A DNA stretch of 64,000 nt. Source: Curvularia clavata. Taxonomy: Eukaryota. The translations under genes were made by a program, and so were the position numbers. Location of the stretch: NCBI GenBank assembly GCA_023920165.1, contig CP089275.1, positions 2,666,001 to 2,730,000 of the forward strand, in the 5' to 3' direction. The notes under the pieces are model-generated. The model saw only the letters and a program-made list of their open reading frames with translations, searched no databases and was not told the DNA's origin. Positions 55,484 through 64,000 of the stretch are shown piece by piece (position 1 is the stretch's first letter; each line of letters begins with the position of its first letter).

Positions 55484-56632
55484 TCATGTTCCTGATCCTT
55501 TTCCTTTTGCTTTGGTCTTTTTGCCGTTCCCATTGGTAGGAGCAGTAGTACTAATAGCTCTTTTGCGCCGAGTGCTTGCGGTGGAAGAAGGGGTGTCCTC
55601 TCTTAAGCCTCCGGCCACATCTTCAGGCAAGAACTTGCCACTGCCCGTAGCTTCTCGAACTAGTGATGTGTAGAGTTGATGAACAGCAAGCTGAGCTGCA
55701 CTCAAATCCTGTGACGAGGATCCTTGGTCTGAAAATGAAGTATCTGGGAGAGTGTCTGGCGCGACAATCTTGAGGCGCTCTGTTCCGAGCTGAAAGCTGC
55801 TGCAGGAAATACGGGATATCTGAACTTTGGGATGGGATAGGTCGAGGGCGAGATGGTGGTTCAGATATCTGGATAAAGCTGCTGTGAAAGGTTTGCTGTT
55901 TATCTCATTCAGCAGCTTGCCCCGCTGAACAAAGCCAGCAACGTCCTCGGTCGCTATGGTGATATCAATGTGCTTGAGCAGACTCGTGGCAGTTGGGAAC
56001 GTGAGCTGCACATGCAGCTGTTTGATGGCGTCCTGGATGGACAGGGTAGAGCTGGGCGCGGTGAGATGAGTAAAGAAGATGTCCAGAGAGGATGTGATGA
56101 AGGGCGAGGGAAGCCTCAATGGGGCTACATGGGCGTCGAAGGTGGTTCGCAGGTAGTTTAGGAAGATGTCGCGTATGGGCGCGGGCATCTTCACAAGCAA
56201 AAGGGGGAGGGAAGTGAAGCCATTGGGCGAGGAGGTGACATCTGGATCGCGCAGAAGAAGTGCGTTGTACATGTTTTTCTCATACTCGAGGCTCACGTGG
56301 ATGCCGCGGGCTCGGTCTGGGGTCACGTCTGGAGCAACTCGGGGCGCACCAGGGTCCTCGGACTGCAGGCGCCGGTCAATCCAGGCATCTTCGTCGCCAA
56401 GCACCTCCCAGCGGCATTCTTCGAGCGGGCCCAGCTTTGCCGTCTCATTCGCGCTGGCGAAGTCGACCTGCACGCCACGGACATTGTCGCCTTTGAGCTG
56501 CTCTTTGAGGCGCTTGGCATGGGCGCGCACAGATTGGTCAGCGAGCAGGGGAGTGTCGCCATGGTGCAGTGAGGACAGACGGTACAGGTTGTAGGTCCTG
56601 TTCAGCAGTGGGTAGGGAGGCACGTAGGCCAT
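55484..56632 (-). CDS. FTA1: Kinetochore Sim4-complex subunit Fta1 / CENP-L-like
   Basis: Intronless 382-aa ORF with YPLLNRTYNLYRLSSLH, FTSLPLLLVKMP...FLNYL.TTFD and FTAALSRYL.HHLALDL.HP.V.ISRISC. Family assignment is from recalled resemblance. Confidence 0.72.
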   Translation of the reverse strand: MAYVPPYPLLNRTYNLYRLSSLHHGDTPLLADQSVRAHAKRLKEQLKGDNVRGVQVDFASANETAKLGPLEECRWEVLGDEDAWIDRRLQSEDPGAPRVAPDVTPDRARGIHVSLEYEKNMYNALLLRDPDVTSSPNGFTSLPLLLVKMPAPIRDIFLNYLRTTFDAHVAPLRLPSPFITSSLDIFFTHLTAPSSTLSIQDAIKQLHVQLTFPTATSLLKHIDITIATEDVAGFVQRGKLLNEINSKPFTAALSRYLNHHLALDLSHPKVQISRISCSSFQLGTERLKIVAPDTLPDTSFSDQGSSSQDLSAAQLAVHQLYTSLVREATGSGKFLPEDVAGGLREDTPSSTASTRRKRAISTTAPTNGNGKKTKAKGKGSGT

Positions 56633-56757
56633 GATGTCAGCTGTTCTCAGCCGGGGTCACGGCGCGTTGGTGGTAGTGACTATGGTGATGGCGAGAGGAG
56701 GCCGTCCACAGCAGGCGCGTCGACACGGGCAGGCAGACAGGTGAGCATGGCGCGGGG

Positions 56758-56788
56758 CGCTGGTGCTGGTGCTGGTGCTGGTGCTGGC
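56758..56788 (+). repeat. (GCTGGT)n hexamer tandem repeat, about 5 copies, upstream of FTA1
   Basis: gctggtgctggtgctggtgctggtgctggc read directly. A 9-mer repeat (gtgtggctg) also lies near 56845-56870. Confidence 0.85.
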
Positions 56789-56971
56789 GTTAGTTGATGT
56801 TGATGGATGATGATTGATATTAGTGTTGGCGTTGTGAGGTTGAGGTGTGGCTGGTGTGGCTGGTGTGACTGGCGTGGCGGCGGCGAGTGCGGCGGCGGGC
56901 ACTGCGGCGGTGGCCCGTGCCCTCCGCCCGCCCAGCAGACCAACAAGGAGCCCCGCTGTTTGGTGCCAGCC

Positions 56972-56991
56972 AGAAACTTCTGTGTGGTTCC
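56972..56991 (+). promoter_or_regulatory. Putative heat-shock element upstream of Hsp110
   Basis: aGAAa cTTCt gtgtg gTTCc gives 3 of 4 correctly phased nGAAn/nTTCn units, about 230 nt upstream of the ATG. Confidence 0.55.
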
Positions 56992-57218
56992 TTGGACGCA
57001 AGCCCGCCATTCTTGTTAGGTCATACCAGCGCATTATTCAAATTTTGAATTTTTGCGGCGGGTGCCTGTCTATCCCTCGCTACTACTCCACGACACTTGT
57101 GTTCCTGCCCGATAAATCCTCGCCTCAGCATATACCCCATATACCCTTTTTACCCCTCCACACACTCACATACACACTTTCTCGCCGCCCGCATATACCC
57201 CGCCATCACACTTCAACC

Positions 57219-59713
57219 ATGTCTGTAGTAGGAGTCGACTTGGGTACGCTCAACAGCGTTATTGCTGTTGCGCGCAACCGTGGCGTCGACGTTGTAAGTA
57301 ACCCCCAAACGCCTCCCTTCATGGCACAGCCTGACTGACTGACTGTCTAGATCGCAAATGAGGTTTCTAACCGCGCGACCCCGTGAGTAACGCCCAAAAC
57401 ATCGCCACCCACAAGACAAACACATAAACAGCCGGCTGACCATGGTCCAGATCACTAGTAGGCTTCGGCCCCAAGAGCAGATACATTGGAGAGATGGCCA
57501 AAAACCAGGAAATCTCCAACCTCAAAAACACCGTCTCGTCGTTTGTCCGCCTCGCCGGCCGCAGCCTCCAAGATCCAGATGTTCAGGTCGAGCAGGAGTT
57601 TGTCTCGGCTCAGCTCGTCGACATTGACGGCCAGGTGGGCGCCGAGGTCAGCTACCTGGGCAAGAAGGAGCGCTTCACCGCTACCCAGATCACCGCCATG
57701 CACCTCACAAAAATGCGGGCCACAGCCTCTGCTGAGCTCAAGCTGCCCGTAAACGACATCGTTCTCAGCTGCCCTGTGTGGTACACCGACGCCCAGCGCC
57801 GCGCCATCCTCGACGCCGCAGAGATTGCTGGTCTCAAGTGCCTGAGGCTCATCAACGACAACACTGCAGTCGCCCTCGGCTGGGGCATCCCAAAGCTCGA
57901 CTTGCCTGGCCCAGAGGAGAAGCCGCGGAGAGTCGTCTTTGTCAACATTGGCCACAGCAACTATACGGCCACTGTTGTCGAATTCAGGAAAGGCGAACTG
58001 GCCGTCAAGTCGAGCGCCTGGGACCGACACTTTGGTGGCCGCTACATCGACAAGGCCCTTGTCGAGCACTTTGCAAAGGAGTTCAAGGAAAAGTATAAGA
58101 TTGATGTCATGGAGAACGGCAAGGCACGCTTCCGCCTGGCTGCCGGTGTTGAGAAGCTCAAAAAGGTCCTTTCTGCCAACAACATGGCGCCCATCAACGT
58201 CGAGTCCATCATGAACGATGTCGATGTGCGCGGTATGCTCAAGCGCGAGGAGCTCGAGGAGCTGATCAAGCCGCTCCTCGACCGTGCTACTGTTCCCCTT
58301 GAGCAGGCCCTGGCCGAGGCTAAGCTCACTGTAGATGACATCGACACCATCGAGATGGTCGGTGGATGCACTCGTGTCCCCGCCCTCAAGGCCAGGATCC
58401 AGGACTTCTTCGGCAAGCCCCTGTCCTTCACCCTCAACCAGGACGAGGCTGTCGCTCGTGGATGCGCCTTCTCCTGCGCCATCCTCTCACCAGTCTTCCG
58501 TGTTCGTGACTTTGCCGTTCACGACATGGTCAACTACCCCATCGAGTTCACATGGGAGAAGTCCGAGGACATTCCCGATGAGGACACAAGCCTGACCGTC
58601 TTCAACAAGGGCAACGTCATGCCATCGACCAAGATCCTGACCTTCTACCGCAAGCATCCCTTCGACTTGGAGGCTAGGTACGCTAAGCCTGAGCAACTGC
58701 CCGGCAAGATGAACCCCTGGATCGGCCGTTTCTCAGTCAAGGGCGTCAAGGAAGATCCCAAGGGCGACTTTATGATTTGCAAGCTCAAGGCACGCCTCAA
58801 CGTGCACGGTGTGCTCAACGTCGAGTCTGGATACTATGTTGAGGAGACCGAGGTCGAGGAACCCATTCCCGAGGAGAAGAAAGAGGGTGATGTACGTTTT
58901 CCCGAATTTCCTAATGATTCAATGTCTAGCGAGCAAACCCCGGCAGAGCCTGCCGCGAAACGATACAAGCTCAGCGACAATCCTGTAGCAGCGCGTCCTG
59001 GTGTTTCTGCGTCCGAGAAGAAGAATGAGCTAACAAACAATGCGCAGGCCATGGACGTAGACAAGGATGCTCCCCCAGAGCCACCCAAGATGCGCAAGGT
59101 CAAGAAGCAGCTCCGCAAGGGAGACCTGCCCCTCTCCGCCGGCACTGCTTCCCTCGACGACGTCTCCAAGCAGGCGGCGGCAGAGCGCGAGAATGCCATG
59201 ATCATGGAGGACAAGCTCGTCGCCGACACTGAGAACGAGAAGAACAACCTTGAGAGCTTCATTTACGAGCTCAAGGACAAGATCCTTGACGTCTACGCCG
59301 AGTTTGCCAGCGACGACGAGAAGACCAGGCTCAACGCGAAGCTTGAGACCATTGAGGTAAGTTCAGCAATCAGTTGGCAAAATCCTGAACAGTACTGACA
59401 CTTATGACAGGAATGGCTGTATGATGAGGGTGATGATGCCACCAAGGCACAATACGTCTCCAAGAAGGAGGATATTCGTGCCATTGCTGGCCCCATCATT
59501 CAGCGCTACAACGACAAGATCGAGGGCGAGCGACAAGCCGCTCTGGAGAAGCAACAAAAGGAGCACGCCGCCAAACAGGCTGAGCTTGAGCGCGCGAAGC
59601 GGGAAGCCGAGGCCAAGAAGCAGGCTGAGGCGCCACCTGCCGAAGAGACAAAGGATACCGAGATGGCTGACGCCGAGGGCCAAAAGGCTGATGGCGCCGA
59701 GGAGGCTTCTTAG
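57219..59713 (+). CDS. SSE1: Hsp110-family chaperone / Hsp70 nucleotide-exchange factor (Hsp88/Sse1); introns 57294-57349, 57383-57450, 58892-59047 (in frame, possibly retained) and 59357-59410
   Basis: MSVVGVDLG...ARNRGVDV|IANEVSNRATP|SLVGFGPK, TLNQDEAVARGCAFSCAILSPVFRVRDF, DKLVADTENEKNNLESFIY and |EWLYDEGDDATKAQY. Confidence 0.96.
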
Positions 59714-60169
59714 ATGGGAAGATGTACGCAGGCGTATGGGCAAATGAAAAAAAAAGCATTTGGACGGCGTAGTATATACAGGCTACGTTTTGGGGTGAAG
59801 GAAAGTACTGTCCGACTTTGTTCCTTTTCTTTTCTGCGATGAGATCATGGTAATGCGATGCTTATGATAGACCAGTCCATAGATGAACGATCATGAGATT
59901 TGATGTCTTTGATTTTGTAGATTTGCTTGTTATGGATCGTGTTGGATATTTTGCAGAAAAGCCGTGTTGTTGTTAGGCGTGCCATTCTCCACATGCCAGG
60001 AAAGCTGAGCAAAGCATAGGCCGACAAGAAATAGCAAGCGAATAACAGGGCTTGTCGTGCCATTACCCAGCTACTAAGCCTTTGTTTCTAGTTTGAATAA
60101 TCTATACCCACTAATCATCTTTCTGCCTCTCTGTTTTTTTTTCACTGTGGACCAGTAAGAGTAAGGGTG

Positions 60170-62099
60170 ATGTTAGAAGAGCTCATTACCTCAGCGCACC
60201 AACTACCACCGCCATTGTCCACACCCAAACCGACATCGCATGCGGCAAGTAGTGGGCGATCACGAAGAAAATCGCGAGGTGGGTGTGTGACTTGCAAGTC
60301 AGTCCTATCCCTATCTCGGTTCCTTTTCATCTGTCTTGGTGCTTTTGTTTGTTTGTCGGATTTTACATCTTGTTTATAAAATGAGTTGTACATACAACGC
60401 ACGATAACCTAACAAAGAAGCAGAGCACGAAAAGTAAAATGTGACGAGACAAAACCAGTCTGTGTTCGTTGTCTTACCACGGGCCGGACCTGCGAAGGCT
60501 ACGGTGTCCTAGGTGGAGGAGGAAACACGTATCTTGAACGATACGGCGGTCATTCCCAATCAGCCCAATCTCGCGGGTGCATTCCACTGGCAGAGCCGCT
60601 GGCAAGATCTTTCTTACCAGATGAACTGCGGTACCTCCGGCTCTACAAGCAGCATGCATCATGGACATCAGCAGGCTGGTTCGCATCTTTGCTTCCCCGG
60701 CTGCTTCGTTGTCGTCTGATCGAGTTCTAGGTTCGGTTACCCCTTTTGGCACGCGACGGTCCTCCCCGCCCTCGTCTCCGAACCTGCCATCCTGCATGCC
60801 GTGGTGGCGTTGAGTGCCGCGCATCCGTGGAATTTTCTCCCTGAAAAGAGCCCCGACGCAAGAGACAGATTCATAGTAAAACAGTATAACAAGGCAATTT
60901 GCGCGCTGCAGCCGCTGTCGTCGAGGCACGGAGACCGCCAGGATGTAGCCGTGGTGCTAGTCACGTGCATGTTGTTTACTTTTTTAGAGTACTCGAGGGG
61001 AAAATATGAGATCGCAGAAACGCATCTGAAGAATGGGATACGATTGCTTGGGGAGGGTGCGCCTGGTATTGAAAAAAGCATTGTGAGGAGCTTTGTGGCA
61101 CTTGTAACACAGAGGAGTCTATTTGGAACACAACCTGACGACGAGGATGACGACGTCAACAACATCGACTTTGTTCTTCTTCTCAACCCGAGGAAAGATG
61201 TGCTTCTTCCGGGAGCCGTCTTTGCTGGCCCAGAGGACGCAAAATACGCTCTGGATATCATACTACGCCGCATCGCACGCGCCGAGCAACTCGTGCAGCG
61301 GACCCGTACTCATAGACTCTTAAACCCGCAGCAATACCATTTCAACCTGGAAAAAGAGCAGGCAGAACTCAGTGACCTCCTATCCTCCTGGCACTCGACC
61401 TACCTGCGCACTCTTCCCAAAATTAGGACCTCACCCACTACCCCAGACTCCCTAGCCTTTGGCACGCATTCCGCCGCACCCATATCACGGGAAACACTCT
61501 CTTACACTCTCCTCCTCCTTCATCACACCCTCTCGCTCATCAAAGTTTCTGCTTTGCTTTCCCCCTCCGAATCTATTTACCGCACTCAAACGCCCTTATT
61601 CCTTCACATCGTCTCCCACGCCGCGGCCCTATACGCTGCGTACAGGCTCGCAGCCGCTGTACCGAATAATGTTAATCTGCACGAGTCCGTTAGTGAGTCG
61701 GGCTTTATTGCACCGCTGTACTACACGGGGCTGAAGTGTCGTGTTGGGCACGTACGACGGTATGCGTGCAAGTATCTAAGGGAGATTCCACACAAGGAGG
61801 GCGTGTGGGATAGTGTTTTGGCGGCGAATGTGGTCAAGAGTGTTATGTGCTTAGAGGAAGAACAAGACAAAGGAGGAGAAGAATGTAAACTTGGAGGAGA
61901 TGAAACGATAGATTTAAGCAAAGTTCCTGTTTTGAAAAAGGGAGAAGAGAAACCAAGTGCATTGGATGTGGGGAAGTGGTTTCGCAGTGTGAGAGTCGAG
62001 ATGCTGCGGGAGGAGGGCACTCGGGCGAGGGTCGTATGTGAGCGGGTACGTAGCGATGGAGGCATTGAGCTTGTCGAGTTCATGGTGGATAACAAGTAG
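60170..62099 (+). CDS. Zn(II)2Cys6 fungal transcription factor; introns 60298-60423 and 60679-60730
   Basis: SRGGCVTCK|ARKVKCDETKPVCVRCLTTGRTCEGY, then GW|FGYPFW...EPAILHAVVALSAAH and HKEGVWDS. Confidence 0.9.
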
Positions 62100-62393
62100 G
62101 CTATCCTTTATTGCCGAGCGTACTCACTACTCAATGGGGAGACTGCAAAAAAAAAGCAAAATTCAAAGTGGGAGATATCTCTGCATACAAGGATCAACTA
62201 CCATATGAATACGACAATTGGACAAAATAATCATGGGGGGATAGAACAAGGCGCCATCCACTATACATAGAAATCGTCTGTCCTGTTTGAGATCCATTTC
62301 TCATCTAGTCAGATAGTAAAGTTACACACACACACAACACATCCATACACCTATACATCCATCCATTCCAAGTAGACCACATTAGAGCAAGAT

Positions 62394-64000
62394 CTAAAGC
62401 ATAAGCTCGAGGGGGTTCTCAATAGCCTTCTTCAGCTCGCGCATGAACTCGCCACCAACGGCACCGTCGACAACCTTGTGGTCAAAGCTGCCGGTGATGA
62501 CAATCTGGTCGTCCCACTCGATGCTGGCTGAGCCATCTTCAGAGGCCTCGCCGGGCACGGCAACCTTTCTTGTGGCGCCAATGGCGACAATGCAGGCCTG
62601 CGGGGGGTTGATGACGGCAGTGAAGCGCTCGACGGCGGGGTTCATGCCCATGTTGGAGATGGTGATGGTTCCGCCCTGGTACTCCTCAGGCTTGAGCTTG
62701 CCGTCGCGTGCGCGCTTGCCAAGGTCCTTGATCTGTGATGAGATGGTCTGGAGGCCAAGTCCGTTGACGTTCTTGACAATGGGAGTCATGAGGCCGACAG
62801 GGGTGGAGACGGCGACGGAGACGTCGACCGTGTTGTGCTGGCGGATGATGACCTTGCCGCCCTCCTCGCGCCACGACGAGTTGGCAGCGGGGACCTTGCG
62901 GGCGGCAATGGCGAGGGCCTTGACGAGCAAGTCGTTGACGGACAGCTTGTAGGCACCGTTGGCCGAGGCGTTCAGGGCCTCACGGAGCTTGAGCAGCTTG
63001 GAAACGGAAATGTTGGAGGCAACGAAGTAGTGGGGGTTCTGCTGCATGCTCTCGGTGAGACGGCTGGCAATGACCTTGCGCATGCTGCTGGCCTCAATGT
63101 CCTCGTAGGCAGCACCGGCGGCCGCGGCGGGGGAAGCTCCAGCAGCAGGCTTATATTTTTCAATGTCCTGCTTGGTGATGGCTCCGCCCTTGCCAGTGCC
63201 CTTGATAGCACCAAGTGGGACACCCTTCTCGAGCGCAAGCTTCTTGACAGCGGGGGAAACGGCGGGCTGGCGCTGGAGAGCGGTCTCGAGACGGGCACCG
63301 GTCGAATCGGATTCAATGGCAGCGGGAGCGGACTGCTGGCTGGATGGAGGAGCGGTCTTGGAGCCGGCGTTGTTGGGGGGCTCGCTGGCCTCAGAGGCCT
63401 CGCCCTGCTTGGGGGACGAGGCAGCGGACTTGTCACCACCGGCGTCCTCGATGGAGAAGCTCTCAAAGGCCGAAACATCTTCGCCCTCTTCAACCATGAC
63501 GGCAATTGGCTGCAATTAGCTGTTAGCATGGTGACGCGATGCAGCAACCAGGCCGACTTACGCTTCCGACCGCGACGTCCTTCTCGCCCGCGTCGCGGAG
63601 GATCTTGGCAATGGTGCCCTCCTCCTGGAACTCAAAGTCCATCTGTGCCTTGTCCGTCTCGATCTCGACGAGGACATCACCGGGCGCTATCGAGTCACCG
63701 ACCTTCTTCTGCCATGCGCCAATGTTTCCGGAGGTCATGGTCGGGGAGAGGGCCGGCATGCTGATGACGCTGTGGGGTGGGTAGGCTAAGACGAGAGAGT
63801 TAGCGATGCGTCTAGGAATTCGCAGCAGATAGGTTGATGCTCACACTTGGAGGCATAGTACCGTGCGAGGGCCGAGAGGGCGGGTGTGCGTCTGTAGAGA
63901 TGCGGATTAGCCAGTGTCCGGGTGGTTGTGTCGGACTTTACAGGCGGGATTGTGTGTAGCAGCAACATACGCGGTACATGACGGGGCGGAAAAGGCGCCG
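62394..64000 (-). CDS. LAT1: Pyruvate dehydrogenase E2, dihydrolipoamide acetyltransferase; 5' end lies beyond the window
   Basis: Lipoyl domain [17 protein letters not shown]...EIETDKAQM and catalytic [10 protein letters not shown]. Confidence 0.97.

Noticed and set aside
60640..60800. Apparent frameshift or stop in the Zn2Cys6 gene (possible pseudogene)
   Set aside because: It is resolved by the 52-nt intron 60679-60730, which restores GWFGYPFW.

Overview
This is gene-dense, intron-rich eukaryotic DNA from a filamentous ascomycete (short GT-AG introns with CTRAC/CTAAY branch points). Pezizomycotina is well supported; Dothideomycetes/Pleosporales is my inference. I reconstructed about 30 spliced protein-coding genes by hand. 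Most are housekeeping: La protein, NAM9, LSM4, EF-2, CTK2 cyclin, ERG5, PMS1, IDH2, IMP2, GLTP/HET-C2, pirin, MCM3, PLD, FTA1/CENP-L, Hsp110 (hsp88/SSE1) and LAT1. The rest are an MFS transporter, oxidoreductases, a GH43 arabinanase, a Zn2Cys6 transcription factor and several uncharacterised proteins. I recognised no transposons, tRNA, rRNA or CRISPR. The most striking signal is in the Hsp110 gene. A 156-nt intron with canonical splice signals is in frame and stop-free, and it encodes a near-perfect c-Myc-type NLS (PAAKRYKL), which suggests an intron-retention switch between cytosolic and nuclear Hsp110. The same protein appears to lack the catalytic Lys and the phosphate-2 Asp of the Hsp70 ATPase site. 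Other leads are a GC-AG intron in LSM4, a cluster of upstream AUGs at PMS1, a dual-start pirin and orphan membrane proteins. Exon boundaries are manual predictions with no expression data, and family assignments come from recalled motifs, not database searches.
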